Source: Eledone cirrhosa
Lineage: Eukaryota
DNA length: 64,000 nt
NCBI GenBank assembly: GCA_964016885.1
Contig: OZ024745.1
Coordinates: 9,610,001 to 9,674,000, forward strand
Reading direction: 5' to 3'
In this document: in pieces, positions 1 to 12,424 of the stretch
Position numbering within the stretch: position 1 is the first letter of the stretch
Layout of the letters: the number at the start of each line of letters is the position of its first letter
Program-made: the position numbers and the translations under genes
The notes under the pieces: generated by a model
Told to the model about the DNA's origin: nothing
Database searches by the model: none
Seen by the model: only the letters and a program-made list of their open reading frames with translations

Positions 1-179
<179 letters not shown>

Positions 180-320
180 CTGTCCTTAATTGGTTGAATG
201 TTTGACCAAAGTCCAGCTGGAATGTCAGTCAGTTTGTTTCTAGATTTCTTTATTATTTATATGATTTCCTTTATTTGGAATAAAATTCTCTATATTGATT
301 TATATTTATATATTTTCCAG

Positions 321-375
321 AAAAGTACAGAAAGAAGATAAAATTCCTTTACAAGAAGATTATCAAGAATACAAA
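321..375 (+). CDS. FAM13A: FAM13-family protein, penultimate coding exon: (R)KVQKEDKIPLQEDYQEYK
   Basis: Acceptor tattttccag at 311-320 and donor gtaagg at 376. The 55-nt exon ends in phase 0 and splices in frame to 1358. The joined peptide resembles the FAM13A/B/C C-terminus as I recall it (QKEDRIPM..EY.EYK.IKAKLRLLEVLISK). Paralog assignment is not possible. Confidence 0.85.
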
Positions 376-439
376 GTAAGGTTAAATTTTGTGTTGCAGA
401 ACAATTTCTCTCTTTCTCTTTCCCTTACACACATTGTCA

Positions 440-605
440 GAGTTGTTAGAGCATCACACAAAATGCTTTGCTGTATTCAACTACAACCCTTCATGTTACT
501 GGTTCAAATCCCACTGAGGCCAACTTTTAAATAAAATAAAGTACCAGTAAAGTACTGAGGGTCAATATAATTGACTTCTTCCTGGATTTGTGCTTTAATT
601 AGAAA
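440..605 (+). mobile_element. Degenerate tRNA-derived SINE, family A (Meta/MESC-like core)
   Basis: B-box-like GGTTCAAATCCC at ~501, then aaataaagtaccagtaaagtactg.gggtcaat. The same core recurs at ~8270-8400 (-), ~15810-15940 (+) and ~21510-21600 (-). Confidence 0.65.
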
Positions 606-844
606 TCATTTATTTAGATATTTTAGTGTATATGTAGCTGATCATCCAAACTTTTACGAAGCACTGAGGGGATAAATTTAATATAAAGAGTGGTTTGCTC
701 ATGTGTGGATATGCTATCAAATAGCTTATAATATAGGCTGAAGACCCTTAAAGATGGAAATGGTAGTGGCCATCAGCTGCTATGAGGAATTGAACTCCAT
801 ATCTCGCAGATACCAGCTAAGCTGGTCTCTTGAATTGCAGGAAC

Positions 845-990
845 AGTTCATTTTTACCAGGTGAGTGGACTAGATCAATGTGAAATAAAATGCCTTGCTC
901 AAGAACACTAAGCACTGCTCTGTTCAGGAGTCAAACTCACCACCTTATAATCATGAGTCAAACATTCTAACCACTAAGCCATGAACCTTC
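845..990 (-). mobile_element. Degenerate tRNA-derived SINE, family B (CORE/V-like body)
   Basis: gagtggactagatcaatgtgaaataaaatgccttgctcaagaacac is the reverse complement of the body seen at 9790-9845. The A-box appears as accactaagcca at ~970-981. Confidence 0.65.
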
Positions 991-1357
991 ACTGTCTAAC
1001 AGGCTTCTTGACACCTGTTGCACTCTGTTCACTCTGTTGCACCTGAATGTATCCAAGGTGATGAAGCTGTAAAACTGGATGGATGCCAGACTCAACGCCT
1101 TTCAGTATATAGTTCCAGCCTCCTTTCTTTTAGTCAATAAAATAAATATCAAACATGTACTGGGTTCATTTCATCTATTAGCTTTCAATTTGGAGGATTG
1201 TTCTGTCATTTTGAATCTAGTATAACCTCTTCTATACAAATGTATATAATCTACTATAACCCCTTCTATACAAATGTATTGTTTTATGTCAATTTGAGAT
1301 ATCATTATTATTATTATTGTCTAATAGTTATTTATATTTTTTCCTTATGTCTTCCAG

Positions 1358-1423
1358 CAAGTAAAAGCAAGATTACGTCTGCTTGAGGCTCTGTTATCTA
1401 AATATCAGCAACAGAAACTGTAA
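1358..1423 (+). CDS. FAM13A: FAM13-family protein, last coding exon: QVKARLRLLEALLSKYQQQKL*
   Basis: Polypyrimidine acceptor ttttttccttatgtcttccag ending at 1357; 22 codons ending in TAA at 1421-1423; KARLRLLE.L.SK matches the FAM13 C-terminal motif. Confidence 0.85.
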   Translation, partial: QVKARLRLLEALLSKYQQQKL

Positions 1424-3840
1424 GCATCGTGATTGTTATTCCTGTTGTTGTTGCCATCACTGTCATCTTCACTCTTGAGCTGTATCAGTGTTTTTCTAAC
1501 AATTCACATGAACCAGTTTCTACAGAAGGCTCTTCTGCACAGTTCTATATAACTTACAACCTTAAGAACATTGTCTGAAATAACCTTCTCCTCTCTATAG
1601 TATTGCCTGTGCAGATAATCTGAAGTTCCACCATTTTTTTTTTCCAACTGTCTGCAGACAGAAACCATTGCTCACTGGTGTACTTGTCGTAAAATGTCAT
1701 AGAATACCAATATCTCTATTCTATGACATTTTCTGCCAATCAGAGAAAATAGAAACGTTCTGAGATAATCATTCTGTTCATACCGATCACATACTTATGT
1801 CTAATTGCTGCCATTAAACATCTCTTGTAACTGTTTTATTACCAAAGACATTTCTTCTTATTAAAGACCAACTGTTCGTTATGCAAACTACTCAAAACAA
1901 TCTGTTTGATAATTGTTCTGTTTTGCCTCATGCCTCACTGTCTCAGCTTGAGGACCACCCTTCCCTCATGTTGTTATTTGGTTTTATTTATACTTCCCCT
2001 TTATAGTGCCGTCACTGTACAAGATAGTTGTTGCTATTTTTGTTGTTAGTAGCTGATTATGTCGTAGTTAGAGCCTTGTGAAACATCATTTGCAGTTTAG
2101 AATTTTATATCCTATATCTGAGCAATCTTATTCTTTCTGCTTCAGTATTGCAGTAAAACAGTTGTTTACTAAAGTAGTGTAATGTAACAGTTACATGTAC
2201 TTTCATTTCAAAAAGGAATTTTATACATCACAATAAATGTGATTTTTAAAAAAAAAAAAATTTACTCCAAGGAAAATGTTTTTGTTAAAATTCTGATTGC
2301 CTTGGAACAGGTATCTCTAGCATGTTATTGTAGCTTGAAGCATAATTAGTGGCTGTATATATGGATAGATATCTCTCAGCTAAACTGGAATCAAATGAAC
2401 TGAGGTCTGTTTTTATGTTTTGAGAAACATATCTAACAGTTATGCTTATGTTACAATAGAATTTTTCACAGTGCCATTTCCTTCATGGTATTTATTCAGA
2501 CTATTGGAAAAAGCTAAACCCAAATGAGATTTGAAATTTTTTTCTTAATGTGTTAAAACTATTACTTTGACATGAATAGCTCTCATGTTTGGTGACCATG
2601 CATTAAAAGAAATATCTGATTTGAATTCAAAAACATAATTTATTTGTATTTATTTATCTTAAAAAGAAAACATCCATTACTTATAAAGTTCTTGTAACTT
2701 AGCTTTCTGCTAACATAAAAGACTGAAGTTGGCTACCTGTTACTGGAAGTAATTCCAGAGAAAAGTAAGCTGCGTAATACAATCGAAAGCCTCTTAACAA
2801 TTTTGGCTATTATTATCCCAGAACATCTCACCTGTTGGACTTATATATAGATCTTTATACTTTTCACTTAATTTGGAAGGATAAAAGTAAGAGCATTTTC
2901 CTCAGTTTTCAATGTTTAAGTGTGAAAGGAAAAGAGGGAAAAGAGAAACATGTCATATTAGTGAAACATTATTAAAAATAAATGAAAATACAAAAATTAA
3001 TAAATAATAATTGAGAATTTTCTGAAATCTTTAACTGGTGTGAACATACAATACTTTTGTGATAAGTTTGTTTTATAGATATTTGGTAGTTTTTACAGTA
3101 AAGTCTGTTCAAAACTGTGATAACATGTTCATCTAAAGCTCTTACAATGTTTTTGTCTTTCTGTTTGATGTTCAACAGATATCCGTCTGATTGCTATTTA
3201 TAATTTATCTGCTTTGTGAATTGCTACATCTGACAGCAATATAACTGAGAAAAAGGTGAATACCAAAGAGGCTGGGATATACATTCCTGTTGGTTTATGA
3301 AATGAATTCATCTGTTTTGTTTTTATTTTATTTTTATTTAACCCTGTAGAATTATATATTTACTAATGTTCTAGAGTTGGATATCTTAATATTTTCTTGT
3401 GGGTCGTCAAGTCTTTTCACTGGCTAGAAATTGTTATGAAGGTTAATATGACTTGTAGTACAACAGTCTGCATGTGGAAACATGCTTTGTGGAACATGAG
3501 TTCTCTGGCTTAAACTAGGGACAATAACCTTGCATTGCAGTAAACAAAAAAAGCTGAAACAAAAAGCAGGGAATTTTGTTTTATCATATTTTACAGAATT
3601 CAATAAATTATGAAAAATTAAAAGGGTAAAGAAGAAAAAAAAGAAAATACATTTCTTCTGGGTTTCTTGTATGTTAATAACATTTATGACATTGTAGAAT
3701 GTTGCTCAATGAAACATTGAATCTAGCTCTTACTTTTGACATTGTCATTAGAATGAAGAAATTTGGATTTTAGTCACTGCAACTGATGTGTCTAATATTT
3801 TAATATCTAATGAATAAAACATTTGTTACTATTATTGATT
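1424..3840 (+). other. Probable 3' UTR of the FAM13-like gene
   Basis: About 2.4 kb after the stop with no recognisable interspersed repeat, unlike the flanks. AATAAA at 3813-3818 is followed by a T-rich tract (~3839-3856). Other AATAAA sites lie near 2232, 2978 and 3603, so the end is uncertain. Confidence 0.5.
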
Positions 3841-4047
3841 TTTTTTTTTTTTTTTTATAGAAAACAATTATTTCCATCCTATAATATTTTTGATTTTAAT
3901 TGTAAATAGGAACATGTATTAAAATTAAAGCTAAGTATTTTATAAACATCAACCCATAGACACATTCAGTTATTGATTTTATAGAACAAATATTCTTTCT
4001 CCAGTAATCATCATCATCTTCATTTAACGTCCATTTTCCACGCTAGC

Positions 4048-5173
4048 ATAAAACAGAGGATGTCTGTCTGTGTAAATCCCTAAAAATTTTTTCCAACTTT
4101 ACACATGCGTTACTTATATTTCTTGAAGTGCAATGGGCTAAAAAGATGTTAACTTTTTCTGCCCTAGGGCCCACATTAGGCAAAAAAACGCATTTTTTAG
4201 GCTTTTTTTAGGCATAACTTAAAGATAATCCAGCCGATTTCCTTGAAATTTGCAGCACACATTAGTTAGTCCCCTCGCATTGCTGTGGACAAAAAAATTT
4301 CCGATTCCATTAATGGTTTCTAGGAAATTTACGAATTAGCATTGGGCATTACATGCCATTTTCATTTTCAATATAGACGCTACTGAAACATCGTAAGTAG
4401 CGTATATTTCGTTTAAAATTTGGTTTATTTAACAGAGGACACAACACTTATTTTTAAGCAGGACCATTTTCGGGGAATTGAGGAAATGAGGAGGACCTTA
4501 AAATTTTTGTCGGCGCCCTGTTGATGCTTCGTGCTTTCATCACACGCAAATCCGGACCCTGTGTACGTTGCCGTGTTATTGACACCATAAAACTCACGTC
4601 TGTGCTATTTCTACTAAGACCCCTTTTGTTGCACCTACTCTGCTGTATGAACGCCCTGCGCAAGTACACCGAACAGCGGTTGTGCTAATTCTGCAGTGAC
4701 TCCTTTTGTCGCACCTTTGTTGCTGTTAAACGCAGTGCAACCAGCATTTGTGCTAATTGCACTATGACCCCCTTCAGCTGCATTGCCACGTTGATTTTGT
4801 TATCTCAATATCCCTACTTGGTTTTCACATAATTGACTACGTCGCTCCTTCAGATGATGTCAGTCCGGATGACTGGGTGCGAATCTATAAAACTTGAAAA
4901 GTACCTAACCGATTTTCTCCAAATGGAAGAAACATCATACTCTAAGATTTAGTACGCTTAAAGAGTATCCAGCTGATTTTCTTTAGATTTTGCACATGCA
5001 TGCAGATGTTTCACGATTCGGACCTGCTGGTGTCCTACTTTTCCAGTAGATGAACAATCATTCCCTGAGAATAGGGGAATTCAAAAAGTACACAGCTACA
5101 TTCCTCAATCTTTGCATATGCGTGTTGCTATTTCTCGTTTCCTACCCCGTGCAACGCCGAGTCATGCTGCTAG
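4048..5173 (+). mobile_element. Non-autonomous Helitron-like element
   Basis: The 3' end has an imperfect hairpin ccccgtgcaacgccgag (~5145-5161), then CTAG (5170-5173) and a T. The 5' part has ataaaacagaggaTGTCTGTCTGTG. Internal ccgatttc...aaatttgca motifs repeat. The 5' TC is not identifiable. Confidence 0.65.
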
Positions 5174-6189
5174 TGACTGATAAAAATTAAAATGTAAGTA
5201 TTTGATGTCAACAAAAGCAATCTTAGTTAAATCATAATTAATTTTGTGAGCCAAAGAAATAAGATTGAATTTTTTCTTTGGTCAGAAATGACAGCTGTAT
5301 AGAAAACTTACTTTATAGATTCTCATAAATATCTACTAAGCTAGTTAAGAGAATTTAATCCTTAGTCTTTAAGTATCGTAATCTTTGTTTCCTTTGTTCA
5401 TAAACATTTTTATTTTCGAGATGTCTTAGTATTTCTTTCATATACGTGTTTGTCTGCAATTAAGGAGTTGTGTTATTTAATCAGAAAAGGATAATGTTTT
5501 TTTTTTTTTTAACTAAGTGTGATAAGTGAATAGGGAACAGTTAAATATCATAACCAGAGATACATCAGAAGGCCTAAAAGTGAGATGGAAACCCAAGTCC
5601 CATAATGCAAGAACAACCTGCCTGAAAAAGGTTCATATATAAATCTTACATTAAGTAATGTTCTAAACACCAGCTTAATAATGACAGATATTTTTATCAA
5701 ATCCTTCAAATTCCTAATTATTTTCAAAATGTATTGTGTATGTGATTAAAGGATTGAATACAGAGTTATTCACACACAAAGTGAGAATAATATTTGCTAT
5801 TTATAAAATATCTAAATTATTGGAAATTGGCTCATAAAACACAAGTTTGGAATACAAGATTTCTTTTATAACTAAGTTAAATGAGTTTCTCTTCCCAATG
5901 TTTAAGTTGGAAAAATCACCTTCACCAACTTTTCGATATTTAGCAAGTTTTTTATTGGTTCCAATCTTTGAATTGTGGTCATACAGGAGTACTACCTTTA
6001 AAGGTTTTTAGCTGATTATATTGATGTCAGTAATTATTTTGTTAATTTTCAATTTAATAAATAACTTGAGATATTTTTCTTCAATGCATCAAGTTATGCA
6101 ATTGTGTATTCACACACACATATATATATACACAGAAAGGGTTTCCACACAGTTTCTGCCTATCAAATTTCATTCAGACATTGGTCAAC

Positions 6190-6545
6190 ATCATAATCAT
6201 CATCACTAATTAACATCTATTTTCCATGCTTGCATGGGTTAGACTGGTTGTTGTGATCTGTGGCTAGACAAGTCAGGTTACCACATCTTGCTCATACAAT
6301 CTATTTTGGGCTTGGTTACTACAGCTGAATGTCCTTCTTAATGTTAACCACATTACAGCTTGTACTGGGAATGTTTGATTGTGACTCTAGCATTAACATC
6401 TTATATGGTAGACTACTTGCTTTTTGTCAAGGCACCGACACTACCACCTTACAGGGTGAACTGGGTCCTTTTTGTCATGACATCAACACTACCACCTTAC
6501 AGGGTGAACTGGGTGCTTTTTGCCTGGCACCAGCTCTACCACATG
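6190..6545 (-). mobile_element. RTE-tailed SINE-like element, family C, with an internal 48 bp tandem duplication
   Basis: (CAT)n then ttttccatgcttgcatgggttagac is the shared RTE-type 3' tail in reverse. acactaccaccttacagggtgaactgggt occurs twice (~6438 and ~6486). Confidence 0.6.
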
Positions 6546-7134
6546 TTTCTATAATAGAAAGCATTAACCCAAGGACCCACAACCATGCGTTTGCACAATC
6601 TTCTTATCCACAAGCATGCCTGCTTCCAATGTTCTTTTCATTGGAATTTTGTGGATGGATTTCTTTGATATTTTGATTAGTAGGACTGAAGTTAGTTTGT
6701 ATATTTTTGATGGCCAGTTAATGGTTATGGTTACTTTAAACTTTAAACCTTATGTAATTATGGTTAATTGCCCTCCCCCTCCTCTTTGCAGTTCTTATGA
6801 AATACTGCTGAAACTGCTATGAAACCATACATTTCCATTCTTTCAATATAACAAGTTCTTTAAAATAGAAATGTATTTTTGATAAATTTCAATTCAGGAT
6901 ATCTCTTCTGTTCAGTTACTGACCAAGCCAATGAAAGAGCCTCTATATGATCACTCAATCTGCTAGAAACAGTAGCTAAACTCCCTTCAAACTATAACTA
7001 ATTGTCTTTAAAAAGGGAGGACATATTAATGTAGTCCTGGTTGTCTGAAAATAAAAAGGAATAGCCATAGCTGGAATGCTTTGATCATAGTTGACCCTTA
7101 GGCTAAACAATATTCAGTTATTAGGCAACACTAT

Positions 7135-7465
7135 TCATCATCATCATCATCACCGTTTTACGTCCGTTCTTCCACGCTAGCATGGGTTAGACGGGTTGTC
7201 CTGTTGTGGGCAGTGTCTGGTTGGCTGACCATGCCTTGCTCATACAGGAACTGATTTGGCTTGATTTCTACAGCTGGATGCCCTTCCTCACACCAACCTC
7301 ATTTACAGTGAGTGCTGGGTGCTTTTTCGTGGCGCCTACATGTCCACTTTACAGTGTGGGCTGGGTGTTTTTTTGCCGTGGCACCTCCACAACCACCATG
7401 CAGTGGGGTCATATTGTCTATATGCTTCAGCTTGTACCCATGGGAGGTCGGGTACTCTGTATTGT
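7135..7465 (-). mobile_element. RTE-tailed SINE-like element, family C
   Basis: (CAT)n-cgttttacgtccgttcttccacgctagcatgggttagacgg, then ttctacagctggatgcccttcct and tttacagtg..ctgggtg repeats. Homologous to 16200-16365 and 22728-23010. Confidence 0.65.
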
Positions 7466-8267
7466 AAGTAATATTACATTGTTATATAAGTATTTCTTCG
7501 TTAGTAATATAGTCTCTTGATATATTCTAGAAAACAGGGTTTTCTAAATAATTTACATTTAGTCATACAACTACTTTTAGTTTTATTTTATTTTCATTGA
7601 CAGCAGATTCCATTGAAAACAAAAAACTCTTCAATAAATATGAATAATTTTATGTCAATGTTGAATTCTGAATGATCTCTTGAAAATATCTGAAAAATCA
7701 TTTAATTTAAACATTTCATACATATCCATATATAATAATTAACTTTGTGTCAAACAGGTTATCAAACAGCAACTAGATAGTCTATCAGCGAGTGACAGTA
7801 AGGGAAGTAAAATTAAAGTGGGTGGTAGGGTGAGGTGTTTATGATACTTGACTCGATTAGCAAATGTGTGAGAAGTCAGCATAGTCAACTCCCTTCTTAT
7901 ATGGTCTTCTGTTTCTTTCCATTGTACTTTTAAAATTGTGATCAAAAAGGAGCTGTAGTTAGCTTAATGTGATGTTGGAAAGGATGATGGAACCATAATC
8001 ATAACTATTTCTATCTACAGAAGACTCTCATGTTATAAACATGCAAGGTGAAATTATAACACATCTATTTACAGTTGCTACAAATATAAGTTACAAAGAC
8101 AACTTGTACAATTGACTGTTACTGTTGGCCACTATACACATATATGCAAGACACTAAAGTAAATTTATGTAAATAAAATGACCAAATTAAAAAGAAAAAC
8201 ATTACAATTGTTTAGTAACATAGGGGTAGGTTTGCATTCTATCTTCAAGTATTATAAACCTGTTAGA

Positions 8268-8420
8268 GGGATTAGTCAATTAAAATTACCCCAGTTCTTA
8301 GCTGGTACTTCCTATTATCAATCCTGAAATGAAAAAAGGCAAAATGAACCTCAGCAGCATTTTAACTATATGTAAAGAGATATAGCGAAATAGCACAAGG
8401 TGTTTTCTTCAGTGCTCCAA
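8268..8420 (-). mobile_element. Degenerate SINE, family A
   Basis: accccagttcttagctggtactt...aaaggcaaaatgaacctcagc is the reverse of the family A core. Confidence 0.55.
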
Positions 8421-9240
8421 TGCTTTTTTCCTATATATATTATATATAAATTTGATTGTGAAAGAAAACTTATTGTTTAATTACAAAGTCAATTTTTTAA
8501 TATTTAATGATGATTAGAGTTGATGGTTCAAAATTCTTGTATATTTTGCCAGGTAAACTGTTGGTGTGTAAAGCTCTGGAAAATTGGTAATTCAGTTGTT
8601 TTTATTTTCAGGAATTTATCAGCTGTTTCATAAATACATCTAACATTTGAGTATTTGTTTAAGAAAGCCAGACTCAATTGGGTCAATAACAGGATAAATA
8701 AAACTGCAGAGATTTCCTCATGATAACCTTTTTCACTGTCTCAATTATTGTCACTCTTCAGAATTCAGATATTAGGTTTATTTACTGATATAGTGTGTGT
8801 GGAAGGGTTCCTTTCACAGCATGTTTCTAGTCTCCTTCAATGACATTAAGAAGTTTAGAGTTGTTTGTCCATGACTTTATAATTTATTGTATGTGTGGTA
8901 TAAGTGTAAATACTTGGCTGATGAAAGACAATCATTTTATAGAATTTTGTATTGTAGCTTTTAAATATGGATTAGATTCAGTTACATTGATATTTAAACA
9001 GTTTACTTTTTTCCATTTCATTCAAAGTTTATCAAGATGATTCTATGATTTATTAAAATCAAATTTTGGAATAAAATATCCTCAATGAAAAGCGGGTGGA
9101 AGGAGGAGGGAGCCGATATCTTTTTTTTTTTTTCCCACATGAATTAGTTTCCAAAGTAAAGGTTTGATTCATCAAACTGGATACATTGTTATCTTAGTTT
9201 GCTGTATCATGTGATTCTGAATTCAAATTAGTTCAGTGTA

Positions 9241-9295
9241 ACCCATGCTAGCATGGAAGATGGACGTTAAACGATAATGATGATGACGATGATGA
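9241..9295 (+). mobile_element. Isolated RTE-type 3' tail (5'-truncated insertion)
   Basis: acccatgctagcatggaagatggacgttaaacgat(gat)n is the reverse complement of the tail at 4008, 7135 and 22728. Confidence 0.65.
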
Positions 9296-9711
9296 ACTCT
9301 ATAGAGGGCTTGTTAAACAAGTTCCAGTAATTACCAATTACTGATTGATTAGCTGATAGAAGGTTCCACACCTACTCTGTGATGTAGTAAACAGTGGAAT
9401 GGATAATTTTTAACTAAACACAAAACCAATTGCTCCAACAGTATTCAGATGTACAGATTTGCTATAGGAAAGGAAAAAATCCACTTGTGATGACATAAAA
9501 TTTGGAAAACAAGGGGAGTTCACTCTTACCTTGGTTTAAAAGGAGCTTTTAAGTTGACTGTGACATAACTCCCATTTCAAGTTGTGATAGATAGGTACAG
9601 GGAAACATCTATACAGAAAAAAAGACTATTCTTTCTGTTTTGGTTACTTATAGAAATGAGATAACTAATGTAAAGTTACTAGACAATTTTGTACATATAT
9701 TATTCAGTGAA

Positions 9712-9990
9712 GGCATCTGGCCTAGTGGCTAGGGCATTGGAGTAACAATCATAATGTTGAGGGTTTGATTTTTGGACCAGATGGTGCGTTGTGTTCTTGA
9801 GTAAAAAACACTTCATTTCGTGTTGCTTCAGTACACTCAGCTGAAAATGAATACCAGCAGTAACTGAAGGTGAACACTGTGATGGACTGGTGTCTTATCC
9901 AGAAGGAAGTCTTGAACTTTTAGTTGCTTAATGCCTACGTAACCGGGATAAATACTGGCCTGCTGAGCCTCCAGACTTGGGACAGACTTT
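9712..9990 (+). mobile_element. tRNA-derived SINE, family B, near full length
   Basis: A-box TGGCCTAGTGG (~9718), B-box-like GGTTTGATT (~9762), then the body gttgtgttcttgag..cacttcatttc..gttgct.cagt.cactcagctg. Confidence 0.7.
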
Positions 9991-10959
9991 AAATATTATT
10001 CAAATATATTTGTGACATATGCTGAAATGTGAGCTGTCTGCTTTACATCCGTTTTGTTTTGAAAGATGATTGTTAGATGTAGCATAATTTTATACTAAAT
10101 GACTTCAGCAAGGAATATGACCATGTAGTGAGAACAGCTGCTTCAGTTCCCTTTGCTTTGTTGTTGCTAATACCACCGTCCAATGTTTTGAGGCTATTTG
10201 TTGAGTGGTCAAGTATGAAATCAATCTGAATGACGTTATGTACAACAATGTAAATACTGATGGAAACAACAGATTGAATAATAAACATATGTCCACTTTC
10301 ATTGCCTTTGTTTTCCTTCCAAATAAAACTAACATATTAATTGTTCTTTTTTGTTTGTTTTTCCTTCTTTATTCATTTTAGTGAAAATAGTGAATTGGCA
10401 GAATAGAGAGGTTGAACCTAATACCTTGATATTCGTTCTGGCTCTCTTCATTCTGTATTTAAATCTTACCAAAGTCAACTTTGCCTGTCCCCTTTTCGAA
10501 GTTGAAAAAAAAAAGTACCAATCCAATACTCCAATTGGTTCTTTCTCTGTACCTCTTTCTTATTGCCCTTCTCTCTCTAAGAGCAATTAGCATATTTTTA
10601 GATCTAGAGAGGGAATGGCCTCTATATGCTATAATGCTGCTATTTTGACTCCATCATGATCTATAGATCCATACATGTATTTGTTCCAGCTTACTGCATG
10701 CTGAGTTCAACTTTGTCTTTCATTCTTTTAAGTTCAGTCTTGGGAGTTGATTCGTTATTTCTCCGGTAGAAATCAGCTGTGTTCCAACCTGAAGAGTGAT
10801 GGGCTCTACCATGTTTAAAAGGCAAATGACATGCTGTGAGTCAAGACAGCACTCCTAGGACACTCTCAGCAACTATCCTTGGAGGTCCAGCTGCTTGCCT
10901 GTCTTCATATCTTTGATTGCCTTACTTACTATATTACCATTATCTTACACAGCTGGTCC

Positions 10960-11290
10960 CTCTGTTGGGTCAACTTGGGGAAAACTATCTTCATTCTCTT
11001 CATTTAGTAGTCTTGCATAGTGGCTTTTCCATGCCACCTTCTTTTCATTATCAGTGAGAGCAAGTACTCCGTTATCATCGCAGACATACTTCTCCCCAAC
11101 GACATCACAATTTTCCCTGACATGTTGTCACGCAATCCTGAACACCTCATGCCTTTAGTCTTCATGTAGCAGAACATGTTTAAATTTCTTATCTTCTACT
11201 TCCCTTCTTGTAAAGTACACTTGTCGCCTAGCTTCTCTCCTAGCCTCCTGGTTGTGTTCTCTACTTCCTCCATCTCGCCATTCTTTCCAT
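10960..11290 (-). mobile_element. RTE-clade LINE fragment (linker between endonuclease and RT)
   Basis: My minus-strand translation gives VFRIA*QHVRENCDVVGEKYVCDDNGVLALTDNEKKVAWKSHYARLLNEE, with stops. Confidence 0.65.
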
Positions 11291-11359
11291 GCCTGTATTT
11301 ATTTATTTATATATATATATATATTAATATATATGTATGTATGTGTATATATATAATAT

Positions 11360-11505
11360 AGTGTCTGTTATAAAAACTAAGTCCTTCCCTGGTGAAGAAT
11401 GCACCTCTCAACATAGCCTAATAGTTAGTGACCTCATAGTCAAGACTAGACATACTCAAAGACAGATAACAACCTTGAGAAGAATGTGGAAGTTGAAGAT
11501 TCCAA
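11360..11505 (+). mobile_element. RTE-clade LINE fragment (end of the APE endonuclease)
   Basis: KTKSFPGEECTSQHSLIVSDL...RRMWKLK, homologous to KAYPGEECTP...RKVWKLK in the array unit. Confidence 0.65.
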
Positions 11506-12424
11506 CTCACTATATTTGGCGTTATATAGATATAATTTGTTCGTTAAAAATTTCGGTCCCTGTTTCAAAACAAACCTATTTTGTTATATACATTAGTGAA
11601 TAAATAAAACAATTAATTTCATCCCACATTGCTGTAACCAGAACATTAAAATACCGTGGTGCTGTAATATAAAATAAGGGTTAATATAATTACACCGGTG
11701 TCTTAATTAATTTTACGCCGTTATGGACGAGATGGCGGCAAGGAAGGACGTATGACACGGCTCTCCTATCTAAATATAACATTATCACCGAAAACTGCCA
11801 TTTTAACACATGTCAGATGGATTACAATATCCATTATTACAAATACCTTCACTGTTCCCTGACATTAGAACCAGGTTCAACATAACATTAGTTAACCAAG
11901 TATATCTGATTTTCGCCAACAAACCACCTGTAGACATGAATGAAATAAATAAATCACTACATCCCTTAGAAATCACAGTAAGTACTTCCTAAAAACTCTA
12001 TAAACAACAATATACACACAGATTTATATATAGATATATATACCACATACGTATATACACACAAAGTGAAGAGAAATCACTATTTTGTGTGAGAGACTCT
12101 ACCGGCCAATCCGAACTACATTATAAAACCATTCTGAACATTGACTTCTTTTGTAACCCACATACACCTTTTAATTATATACACGTGCGTAGATCTTTGT
12201 ATAGACACACACAATACAGAGGGAAACGGAAACAAAAATAATAAAACATAAACAAACATTTTATTTATCTGGTTAACAGGTGTGTTAAACTTACACAGCA
12301 TATCTATTTGTTTACATTTTGTTCTACTGAACGGATAGTAAGACAAGAAAACTGCCTTGCCTACCACCTGATGTACGTCGAAAGCTACGTGCTGCAGCTT
12401 CCTTAAATTGCAACTCAGCACAAT

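Noticed and set aside
735-765. ctgaaga...gaaa as a possible hammerhead ribozyme core
   Set aside because: No convincing stem II or flanking stems could be paired.
9712-9785. tRNA gene
   Set aside because: A and B boxes are present but there is no cloverleaf, and the sequence continues into a SINE body.
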